From contig NZ_AP023032.1 of assembly GCF_019670105.1 (NCBI RefSeq), positions 1,148,972-1,172,971 of the forward strand: DNA of 24,000 nt, read 5' to 3'. The stretch comes from Agarivorans albus (GTDB taxonomy: Bacteria; Pseudomonadota; Gammaproteobacteria; Enterobacterales; Celerinatantimonadaceae). The notes beneath the pieces were generated by a model. It had not been told where the DNA came from. It did no database searches and saw only the letters and a list, made by a program, of their open reading frames with translations. Made by a program: the position numbers and the translations under genes. Shown here piece by piece: positions 16,401-22,961 of this stretch; within the stretch, counting starts at the first letter, position 1; each line of letters begins with the position of its first letter.

Positions 16401-18887
16401 ACCAATATTTATTGTGATATTAGCCAGCGCGATGAATGCTACAGAAAATTGGCCTTGGGAGAGGAAGTTGCCAATGTTGAAATGAGTTTTAAACGCACCG
16501 ATGGTAGCCAATTTATCGGCTCGGCTAACTACTTAAATACCCAGTTTAAAGACCAACCCGCGGTATTGTTTTGGTGTTACGACATTAGTGAGCTTAAAGA
16601 TCTGAATAATCAGCTGAGCTTGGCCATTGATGAAGCCGACAATGCCAACAAAGCTAAATCTGATTTCTTGGCTAATATGAGCCATGAGATTCGTACCCCA
16701 ATGAATGCCATTATTGGCATGACTCACTTGGCGCTAAATGCGGAGCTGGACCGCAAAACTCGCGGTTATCTAAATAAAGTTTCTCATGCTGCGGCTTCGT
16801 TGCTTGGGATCATTAACGATATTCTCGATTTCTCGAAAATTGAAGCTGGCAAACTAGACATGGAATGCTTAGATATTAGCATTCAAGATATCTTGCAAAA
16901 CCAGCTCAACTTAATCGAATTAAAGGCTCAAGATAAAGGGGTTGAGGTGCTCACAGTGGTCGAGCCTTCGGTGCCGCATAACCTAATGGGCGATCCGCTT
17001 CGCTTAGGGCAAATATTCACTAATTTGGCCAGCAATGCGATTAAGTTTACAGAGCAGGGCGAAATTGCTTTCTCAGTTAAATTATTGGAACAGCAAACTA
17101 ACCGTGCCAAATTGCAGTTTTCGGTGCGCGACACCGGCATTGGTATCTCGCCCGAGCAACAACAAAAACTGTTTCAATCATTCACTCAGGCAGATGCCTC
17201 TACCACCCGTCAATACGGCGGAACCGGCTTAGGTTTAACTATTTGTAAGCGATTAGTTGAGCTAATGGAAGGTGAGATTTGGCTAGAGAGCGCCTTGGGT
17301 GAGGGCACCGAGTTCTTGTTTACTGCATGGTTTAAGCTAAACCATGAACGGCCTGCCATGCGCAGTGCAATTAGCCCAACTAGCTTAGAAAATATGTGCA
17401 TTTTAGTGGTGGATGATAATGAAAGTGCGGCTGAAATTATGGCCTCTATCGTGTCGTCTTTTAGCCCAGAAGTTAGCGTGGTACATGCTGGCTCAGAAGC
17501 GCAGGCCTTAGTGGCTAAACATCCTAACAAATTTGACGTAGCCATTGTTGATTGGAACATGCCAGATATGGACGGCGTGGCCACTTGTGAAGCAATTCGC
17601 CAAGAAGCTGGCAGTCATCCGGTTAAATTTATTATGGTGTCGGCGTATGACCATGCCCGCTTTAAAGCGCAAAGTGAAGATGCTGGCGTTAGTGCATATT
17701 TAGCTAAACCGATTACGGCTTCGGAAGTCTTTAACGCTATAGCTGAAGTAAGTGGGCGCGATGTTGCCTTGTATACGCCACTAGCCAAACTTAGCGACAA
17801 ACTTACTTTAGCTAAACAAAAGTTGCAGGGCGCACATGTGCTGTTGGTGGAAGATAACGAGTTAAATCAAGACTTAGCCATAGAGCTACTTAACAGCATA
17901 GGGGTAAGTTGCGAGTTAGCAGAAAACGGCAAGTTAGCTATAGAGAAGCTACATCAAAGTGCTTTTGATGGGGTATTGATGGATATCCAAATGCCGGTTA
18001 TGGATGGCTACACTGCCACCCAAAAGATCCGAGAGTTTGATTTAGAACTGGTGATTATCGCCATGACCGCGAACGCCATGAGTGGCGATAGAGAGCGAGT
18101 GATAAGCGCTGGCATGAACGATTACATCAGCAAACCGATAGATGTTGAGGCTATGATAAACACCATGGCCGAGTGGATTAGCGCTTCTGGTTTGCAACAA
18201 ACAGCACCTGTTAGTGCGCAGGAAGAACCAGTGCCTTCGGGGATTACCGAAGGCTTAAACCCCGAAATTATCGATCAGGCTGCTGGTTTAGCAACGTGTA
18301 ATGGCAACGCCAACTTATACTTCAAACTGCTGAATAAATTTAGTATTAACCAGCGCAGTTTTGCGGAACAGTTTGAGCAAGCTTGCGGTGAATCAGACTG
18401 GGTATTAGCTACTCGTTTAATACATACTCTAAAAGGCAACGCTGGGAATATTGGAGCGCTTTCATTGCAAGCTGCAGCTGCCGAACTTGAAGCAGTTGCT
18501 GCCAGTATCTTGTCGGCAGAGGGCAGCAACAGTTATAAAAATAGTCACGAACGGATCCAGTCTTTATTGTCAGATGTAAGTACTTTGCTAGAGCTGGTCT
18601 TTCAAGAAATAGACTTGTTATTGCCTAAAGGCACTACTCATGAGATAGCTGAAGACGATAGCCAACAACAAAATAATCTGCAGCAACTTAAGGCTGAACT
18701 GAGCACCCTAGAAGCACAGTTGGAAGAGTGCGACGTTGATGCAGTAGAGCGAATCGATGAACTAGCAGAGCTTGCTTTTCCGCCCGAGGTGAAAAAGCAA
18801 TTGTTGGGCATTAACAAGGCCGCAGCTGAGTATGACTTTGAAGCTGCGAGTGAGCAGTTGCAGAGCTTAAAGTCACTTCTCAGTTGA
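13494..18887 (+). CDS. Hybrid sensor histidine kinase, BvgS/EvgS-like: signal peptide, 3 x SBP_bac_3 (VFT) periplasmic domains, TM, PAS, HisKA/HATPase, REC, REC, Hpt
   Basis: - Signal peptide: MLSRITAAIGAILSLLLTVNAWS.
- SBP_bac_3-like blocks at roughly aa 30-265, 272-495 and 640-875. The first and third start with the typical FTQQEKQWIAEN / FTKEELAWMADNPEV motifs.
- Single TM segment: ISMGALVLIFLTLFW (aa ~883-905).
- H-box SHEIRTPMNAIIGM (H1064, nt 16683).
- N box NLASNAIKFT, G1 DTGIGI, G2 GGTGLGLTICK.
- REC1 VVDDN...IVDWNMPDMDG (D1353)...AKPI.
- REC2 LVEDN...LMDIQMPVMDG (D1497)...SKPI.
- Hpt HTLKGNAGNIGA (H1644). Confidence 0.9.
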   Translation: MLSRITAAIGAILSLLLTVNAWSQSQVEEFTQQEKQWIAENTVVSVAPDANFYPYAFINLQGDFDGVTRSYLDVIEEISGLRFDYKLGMQWKDMLQGLKSGEFSLIPMMYLDSAKQDFVNYSHPFLLHTEYVFTQSDVPTIASVDDLAGKVVAIVEGFEQVNWLKTNFPQLKFKTYPELSHTLQAVADGEAYAAIAELSSALYIKNKLRLSNIKNNSVVLGRKNIPIHMGLAKHSPVLLSIIDKSIKKIDIATRNKIRGRWLTDSSSQQLLPGAFGFGRPPYMYDQSSEVGLELEIVREVLSSIGYQLGDIEQIPTVRAHEILSEDQSLDFSAGLVAKEDGELFYSDNIVQFHNVALTRKTDQLNITKVSQLAEFSVTAFEGASEVLGKPLAGVAKVSSSYQEYGVQEQSLEQFFSGNAQVVIADQSLLEWTIKHSGLTALLQSDFVVHDIFEQADVGYAVAFRNDYYRDIFNQALQEFKQSTDYSKLNDLYAKSDFSNQIKRASLLSDLLAPHIFNDDLKIIKHIVGVFQKNSNIKAIVVSSDSPPKVIFKAQEIDGQLKEVDVLQISHLSKLSKESYFVHNNNPDKVGEVILYFEATSSSQIGSPSIPNISRFTLLNEEQTADLRDSYERHQLSGQQINFTKEELAWMADNPEVAVAVDPSALPYEAFDEGGNYIGIVADYLQLLSVSTGLTLKPVPVESWQDSLKLIQNREVKLVSAALNNKWLELDYHPALPLVESELAYMGLERDGFFGSAEQLAGKKIGIIKGASQTRSIVNRYPDIDWQYPENTEQGFIAVADGEYHGMVDSLLVLNYLIQTRGYSQMAIAADFDREIVSTLFVIKSEPLLHSIINKAIDAVTQQQSDDITLSWVPNKLVEKVDYGLVTQISMGALVLIFLTLFWNRKLASHIKARELAEQKIQQREQLLFDMLNAAPIGVAIVQNNKTVFSNKTCRDMFGVAANELDDFQVTNIYCDISQRDECYRKLALGEEVANVEMSFKRTDGSQFIGSANYLNTQFKDQPAVLFWCYDISELKDLNNQLSLAIDEADNANKAKSDFLANMSHEIRTPMNAIIGMTHLALNAELDRKTRGYLNKVSHAAASLLGIINDILDFSKIEAGKLDMECLDISIQDILQNQLNLIELKAQDKGVEVLTVVEPSVPHNLMGDPLRLGQIFTNLASNAIKFTEQGEIAFSVKLLEQQTNRAKLQFSVRDTGIGISPEQQQKLFQSFTQADASTTRQYGGTGLGLTICKRLVELMEGEIWLESALGEGTEFLFTAWFKLNHERPAMRSAISPTSLENMCILVVDDNESAAEIMASIVSSFSPEVSVVHAGSEAQALVAKHPNKFDVAIVDWNMPDMDGVATCEAIRQEAGSHPVKFIMVSAYDHARFKAQSEDAGVSAYLAKPITASEVFNAIAEVSGRDVALYTPLAKLSDKLTLAKQKLQGAHVLLVEDNELNQDLAIELLNSIGVSCELAENGKLAIEKLHQSAFDGVLMDIQMPVMDGYTATQKIREFDLELVIIAMTANAMSGDRERVISAGMNDYISKPIDVEAMINTMAEWISASGLQQTAPVSAQEEPVPSGITEGLNPEIIDQAAGLATCNGNANLYFKLLNKFSINQRSFAEQFEQACGESDWVLATRLIHTLKGNAGNIGALSLQAAAAELEAVAASILSAEGSNSYKNSHERIQSLLSDVSTLLELVFQEIDLLLPKGTTHEIAEDDSQQQNNLQQLKAELSTLEAQLEECDVDAVERIDELAELAFPPEVKKQLLGINKAAAEYDFEAASEQLQSLKSLLS

Positions 18888-18941
18888 TGCATATCATGAG
18901 AACCAGTGTTTCTGCTGCAAGCGCTCGATTATTCGCTTAGG

Positions 18942-19210
18942 CTAGGGGCTGTTTATCTTTCGCGATTAAATTTTGTTCGTGAAAAAATCGTTTTAGGCGC
19001 GGCAAGGAGTGTGTAGCCTAGCATTCTAAGTAAACAGGCCTTAACAAAGCATAAAACGATTTTAGCCGAACCCTTCGGGCAGCGTTTGTGGCTTATTTCT
19101 ACTGCGTTATCAGCTTCTCATGTAGGCTCACTACACATCAAAGCTTCTGCCTTGTATAAATAGTCCACAAACAGCTGCAAAAATCAGCTCGAAAGATAAA
19201 CAGCCCCTAG
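18942..19210. mobile_element. MITE-like 269-bp imperfect palindromic element with perfect 21-bp terminal inverted repeats
   Basis: CTAGGGGCTGTTTATCTTTCG (18942-18962) is the exact reverse complement of 19190-19210. The interior has nested inverted repeats (AAAATCGTTTTAGGC at 18983 against GCATAAAACGATTTT at ~19049) and a central CCGAA-CCC-TTCGG hairpin (19066-19078). There is no ORF inside. Confidence 0.55.
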
Positions 19211-19238
19211 TAAATCGCATTTGGAAAAGGATAAACCA

Positions 19239-19640
19239 ATGATTAAGCCATTTTGCCTCAGTGTTGTCGCAACGCTTAGTGTGCTAGTGAGTTTGCCAGC
19301 GGCAGCATTTCCACAAGCTTCGGTGTCATCTAATCAGCAATTATTTGCTCAGTCGATTATTTATCATTCACTAAGTGGCCTTTGCGCAGCAAAACCTGGA
19401 AACAAAAGCTTAACCGGTGATTTTCAAGCCTGGCGATTGGGTAATCAAGAAGCAATTAAATTAGGACGAGAAGAAGTTGCCGCTATGGCTCAACAGCAGG
19501 ATAAACCGATGGATTCGGTGGTGTCTAACCTAGTTCACGTTGCGGAGCAGGAGTGGGGCCAACTTGATAGCCAACAGCGTCAGCAAAAATGCCAAACCTT
19601 GCAGGCTTTTCTTACTCAAGCTGAGGCTACTGTTCACTAA
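19239..19640 (+). CDS. Small secreted protein of unknown function
   Basis: ATG at 19239, with AAGGA 7 nt upstream; I prefer this over the TTG at 19221. Signal peptide MIKPFCLSVVATLSVLVSLPAAA. The mature part is Gln-rich with two Cys. I recognise no family. Confidence 0.55.
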   Translation: MIKPFCLSVVATLSVLVSLPAAAFPQASVSSNQQLFAQSIIYHSLSGLCAAKPGNKSLTGDFQAWRLGNQEAIKLGREEVAAMAQQQDKPMDSVVSNLVHVAEQEWGQLDSQQRQQKCQTLQAFLTQAEATVH

Positions 19641-19689
19641 GTTGAGAGTAAGGCCCGTTTAGCCAATTCGCTCTCACGGGCAGTAAGAC

Positions 19690-20589
19690 TTAGATAGAGG
19701 CTAACTGATAGTGCGGGGTAATTTGGCTTTTAGCTATATGCTCTGCAACATCTAAACCACGCAAAAAGCCGTGTTGTGTGACCAGTACGGTTTTAAAACC
19801 CATCGCATTGCCACCCAGTATATCGGTATGCAGAGTATCGCCAATCATCGCTATGCGCTGCGGATTTACTCCACCATAGCTTTGTTTTATTCGGCTGAGT
19901 GCTTCTTCAAATATTGGCGCATAAGGTTTACCAAAACAACGAACGTTAGGGTACAGCTCTTTAGGCAGGGTAAGGGTAAAACTACCCGGCTCTTGTGATA
20001 CACCATCTTCCAGGGGCGCAATTAGGTCAGAGTTGCCCACCCACACTCTGCGAGGGTTGTGATTAAGCTCGGTAATAAAACGCTGTTGCAAGCTTTCGTT
20101 CCAAGCCTGCCCACTTAAAAATAAAAACTCTTCGGCTTGCCAAAACTCTTGGTCCTCTGGGTATAAACAAGGGCGTTGAATATCTAAGCGAAACTCAGGG
20201 AGGGTGATTACCCCTAAGCGTGAGTTGCTGTGTAAATCCATGTATTGCAGTAATACTTCTCGGCTGTTTACGATCTCTTGGTCACTAAAATCAAAACCAA
20301 GTCGAACAAACTTGTCGAACAGTTGCTGCTTGTTTTGGGTTGCGGCATTGGTGACTACCATTACTACTTTGCCAGCTTGTCGTAACTTATCGATTTGCTG
20401 CTTAGCCCCATCTATCGCTGTTCCACCAACGTTTAGTACGCCGTAGGCATCAAATAAGAAAACATCAACATCGTCTACGATATCCGTAATGTTGTTAATG
20501 GTTTGACACTTCTCTACCGGAACATTTTTAGGCATACGCTCAGGAATGCTTAAATAGGCGTCAAATGCCTCAGATGGGCTGTAAAACAT
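19690..20589 (-). CDS. HAD-superfamily hydrolase, subfamily IIA (NagD/TIGR01459-like)
   Basis: HAD motif I FLFDAYGVLN, motif II VVTNA, motif III GKPYAPIFEEAL, motif IV IGDTLHTDILGGNAMGFKTVLV. RBS GAGG lies 7 nt upstream. Confidence 0.8.
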   Translation of the reverse strand: MFYSPSEAFDAYLSIPERMPKNVPVEKCQTINNITDIVDDVDVFLFDAYGVLNVGGTAIDGAKQQIDKLRQAGKVVMVVTNAATQNKQQLFDKFVRLGFDFSDQEIVNSREVLLQYMDLHSNSRLGVITLPEFRLDIQRPCLYPEDQEFWQAEEFLFLSGQAWNESLQQRFITELNHNPRRVWVGNSDLIAPLEDGVSQEPGSFTLTLPKELYPNVRCFGKPYAPIFEEALSRIKQSYGGVNPQRIAMIGDTLHTDILGGNAMGFKTVLVTQHGFLRGLDVAEHIAKSQITPHYQLASI

Positions 20590-20720
20590 GGAAAAACCTC
20601 AGCAAAAAATAGAGCGCTACTTTGGCAGGTTTTAGCAAAGAATTAAATACCAAACTTAGCTGTTGTATGCTGAACAACTAAGATGGTTTGTAAAGCCGAT
20701 TCGACGCAAGGAGTAAAGCC

Positions 20721-21080
20721 GTGGATTACCAACAATTTAACCAGTTTTGTGGTGATTTAGCTGCCAGCACTTACATTGTGCAATGGGGCAACGCTCATGT
20801 TTGGAAAGTTGGTGGAAAAGTGTTTGCGATTGGCGGATGGGAAAAACTTAATCAGCCGGCGTTTACATTTAAAACCTCAGAACTCAATTTTGAGTTTCTC
20901 CGTGAAGAACCGGGTTATCGGCCTGCTCCCTATATGGCCTCGCGTGGTATGAAGTGGATCCAGTTATATCAAAGTGAGCCGGCTTTTGATGAGCAACTTA
21001 TATACTACCTCACTGAATCTCATCGCATTGTTTCTCTTGGCCTAACCAAAAAACTACAGAAAGAACTGGGTTTAAAATGA
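20721..21080 (+). CDS. MmcQ/YjbR family (DUF419-like) protein
   Basis: GTG start, with AAGGAG 7 nt upstream. The pattern W.......VWKVGGKVFAI....(~10)...FTFK......FL.....GYRPAPYMASRGMKWIQL is typical of the YjbR fold family as I recall it. Confidence 0.6.
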   Translation: MDYQQFNQFCGDLAASTYIVQWGNAHVWKVGGKVFAIGGWEKLNQPAFTFKTSELNFEFLREEPGYRPAPYMASRGMKWIQLYQSEPAFDEQLIYYLTESHRIVSLGLTKKLQKELGLK

Positions 21081-21252
21081 ATGTTTACATGATGTCGATT
21101 TTATTAGTCACACTGAAATTCTTTCACATGTTATTTATTTGTTAATAATCGGGGTGGCTTCGATTTTTATTCTCAATTTTTCGAATTTATTTGTTAAAAA
21201 TAAAATTATTACTTGTCTTTAGGTGTTTAGTTATTTCTGTTTATTTACTCTG

Positions 21253-21261
21253 TGATATATT
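21253..21261 (+). promoter_or_regulatory. Candidate extended -10 promoter element (TGATATATT) for the lipoprotein operon
   Basis: TG-N-TATATT lies about 30 nt upstream of the ATG at 21292, within a very AT-rich 210-bp intergenic region. No convincing -35 is present. Confidence 0.3.
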
Positions 21262-21291
21262 CTCGAATTACTTAACAAACTGGATGTTTCT

Positions 21292-22266
21292 ATGAAAAGT
21301 GTACATTACCGAATAGGTTTACCTGTTATCGGCTTGCTATTTCTTTCTGCATGTTCTACTCAATCCCCGCAAGTTGAATCTAAAGAGAATCAGAATTCTC
21401 AACAGCAGCAGCTTGAAGCTCAAAACCAAACTTTGGCTAAGCCTGCACAGCCTTTACTTAAAAGGAAAGTGGCATTAGGTCGTATAACTAATGAAACCAT
21501 TTATGGTAAGAGTTTGCTGAGAGACTCAAAGGGTGATGTGTTAGGTAAGCAAGTAACTGATATGTTGTCAAAGGCTTTAACAGAATCAGGTAGTTATTTG
21601 GTATTTGAACGCCCCGACATCGAACGTTTAAAGGATGAAGCAGAACTCACAGGTGAAAGTATTGAATTAATCGGCGTTGATACGCTGATTATTGGCTCTT
21701 TAACTGAATTTGGCAGAAAAACAGAGGGCGAGTCGGGGTTCTTATCTTCTACAAAGACTCAAGTTGCTCACGCGAAAGTTGACTTACGCTTAGTTGATTC
21801 GAAAACAGGTCATGTCTATCACTCACTTTCTGGTGCCGGCCAAGCTTCTACCGAATCAGCTTCAGTTGCAGGTTTTGGCTCTAAAGCTTCCTATGATGGA
21901 ACACTCAATGATTTAGCTATCTCAAATGCAATCTCTGACGCCGTAAATAAATTGACTGCTCAAATTCAAAAAAGGCCTTGGAAAACAGATATTTTAGCGA
22001 TTGAAGATGGCTTAGTTTATGTCAGCGGCGGTAAAAGCCAGGGGGTTCGTGAAGACATGGAGTTCAGCATTGTTACAAAAGGCAAGGAAATAAAGTCTAA
22101 GCAAACAGGGTTCCTAGTAACGCTCCCAGGTAAGAAAATTGGGGCCATTAAAGTTATTCAATTATTCGGAGAAAGCGAAACCAATGAGGGTGCAATAGCA
22201 GAGGTCGTTGAAGGCTCGATTGATAATTTAGATATTACTACTGTTGATATCATGGAGATAAAGTAA
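21292..22266 (+). CDS. CsgG/HfaB-family outer-membrane lipoprotein with an extra C-terminal beta-rich domain
   Basis: Lipobox LLFLSAC with Ser at +2, followed by a Gln-rich linker. The core KVALGRITNET...LGKQVTDMLSKALTESGSYLVFERPDIERLKDEAEL...TLIIGSLTEFGRK...AHAKVDLRLVDSKTGHV is colinear with E. coli CsgG (VYNIQDETG...MLVTALKDSRWFIPLER...EGSIIGYE...IAVNLRVVNVSTGEIL). Confidence 0.65.
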   Translation: MKSVHYRIGLPVIGLLFLSACSTQSPQVESKENQNSQQQQLEAQNQTLAKPAQPLLKRKVALGRITNETIYGKSLLRDSKGDVLGKQVTDMLSKALTESGSYLVFERPDIERLKDEAELTGESIELIGVDTLIIGSLTEFGRKTEGESGFLSSTKTQVAHAKVDLRLVDSKTGHVYHSLSGAGQASTESASVAGFGSKASYDGTLNDLAISNAISDAVNKLTAQIQKRPWKTDILAIEDGLVYVSGGKSQGVREDMEFSIVTKGKEIKSKQTGFLVTLPGKKIGAIKVIQLFGESETNEGAIAEVVEGSIDNLDITTVDIMEIK

Positions 22267-22592
22267 TGATGAAAGCTACCGTATTTGTTTTATTGTTTAG
22301 TTTTCTTGGTTTAGCTGGTTGTGTTCAAATGCCTACTACTACGAGCACAACTGTTGACAACCGTCCGCAGTTATCTTTTATTGCTGCGTCGGATAATGTT
22401 GTTCTTAGCGAGTATAGAGTGTGGGTTGATGGTTTGGAATCTGGATTGGCTTCCGATTATAAGGCGGACTCAGCAGCGCTGCGACTATTGCCGGGTTCCC
22501 ATGTTATTGAGCTAAAAAGAAATGAAGAGGTGATCCTTAAAGAAAAGATTTACCTAGGTGATGGAGTAACTAAACAGGTGGTTGTTAACTAA
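22266..22592 (+). CDS. Small lipoprotein, PEGA-like beta-sandwich
   Basis: Lipobox LGLAGC with Val at +2. The start overlaps the upstream stop (TAATG). GGAG lies 8 nt upstream. YRVWVDGLESGL....ALRLLPGSHVIELKRNEEVILKEKIYLGDGVTKQVVV resembles the PEGA-domain pattern. Confidence 0.5.
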   Translation: MMKATVFVLLFSFLGLAGCVQMPTTTSTTVDNRPQLSFIAASDNVVLSEYRVWVDGLESGLASDYKADSAALRLLPGSHVIELKRNEEVILKEKIYLGDGVTKQVVVN

Positions 22593-22960
22593 TGAAGTTT
22601 CTTAAACTAGGCGTGATTTTGATTACAACAATTCTTGCTGGCTGCGCATCTACACAAACGACCTTATATGATTGGGGAGGGTATGATGAAGGTATATATG
22701 AGTACTACTATGATCCAGTGGAAGCTGCTAGTTTTCCTGAGTTGGTTGAAGCTCACATTGTCCAGCTTGAAAGTAATAGTCAAACACCTGCTCCTGGCCT
22801 TTATGCGGAGGTTGGAACGTTTAAATTAAAGACGGGCGATATTGAAAACGCAATTACTTATTATAAAAAAGAAGCTTCGACTTGGCCGGAGAGTAAAGCG
22901 TTGATGGATGCTATTGTTCAAAACTTAGAAAGACAAACTGATACAGAAGAGAAAAACTAA
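22592..22960 (+). CDS. DUF4810-like lipoprotein
   Basis: Lipobox TILAGC with Ala at +2. TAATG overlap with the upstream gene. LYDWGGYDEGIYEYYYDP...APGLYAEVGTFKLKTGDIENAITYYKKEASTWPES matches my recollection of DUF4810 (COG4259). Confidence 0.65.
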   Translation: MKFLKLGVILITTILAGCASTQTTLYDWGGYDEGIYEYYYDPVEAASFPELVEAHIVQLESNSQTPAPGLYAEVGTFKLKTGDIENAITYYKKEASTWPESKALMDAIVQNLERQTDTEEKN

Positions 22961-22961
22961 A

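Noticed and set aside
17210-17584. 124-aa minus-strand ORF. The similar antisense ORFs at 13542-13763, 14976-15170, 15756-15947, 16151-16360, 16533-16727, 16928-17140, 17615-17800, 18275-18529 and 18638-18892, and the plus-strand alternative-frame ORF at 17035-17232, are treated the same way.
   Set aside because: All are embedded in the 5.4-kb sensor-kinase gene, whose frame carries a continuous series of canonical domain motifs. These are frame shadows of that gene.
18811-18940. The C-terminal tail of the kinase (AAAEYDFEAASEQLQSLKSLLS) resembles the Hpt helix ACGESDWVLATRLIHTLKGNAGN with Gln in place of the phospho-His. An out-of-frame continuation after the stop reads QLMHIMRTSVSAASARL, which is also Hpt-like.
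   Set aside because: The similarity rests on about 20 residues of helix-forming sequence, and the spacing of the two pieces is inconsistent with one Hpt domain. It may be a relic of a second Hpt but cannot be supported without profile searches.
19221-19238. TTG start at 19221 for the small secreted protein
   Set aside because: ATG 19239 has AAGGA 7 nt upstream and yields a canonical signal peptide directly. The TTG extension adds the acidic residues MEKDKP before it.
21394-21430. CAA/CAG-rich run encoding QQQQLEAQNQ in the CsgG-like gene, as a possible variable SSR
   Set aside because: There are only about three consecutive CAG units, which is too short and too interrupted for slippage-based variation.
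22321-22829. Alternative-frame ORFs 22321-22515 and 22635-22829
   Set aside because: They lie inside the lipoprotein genes in another frame. The annotated frames have lipoboxes, coupled start/stop junctions and family motifs.
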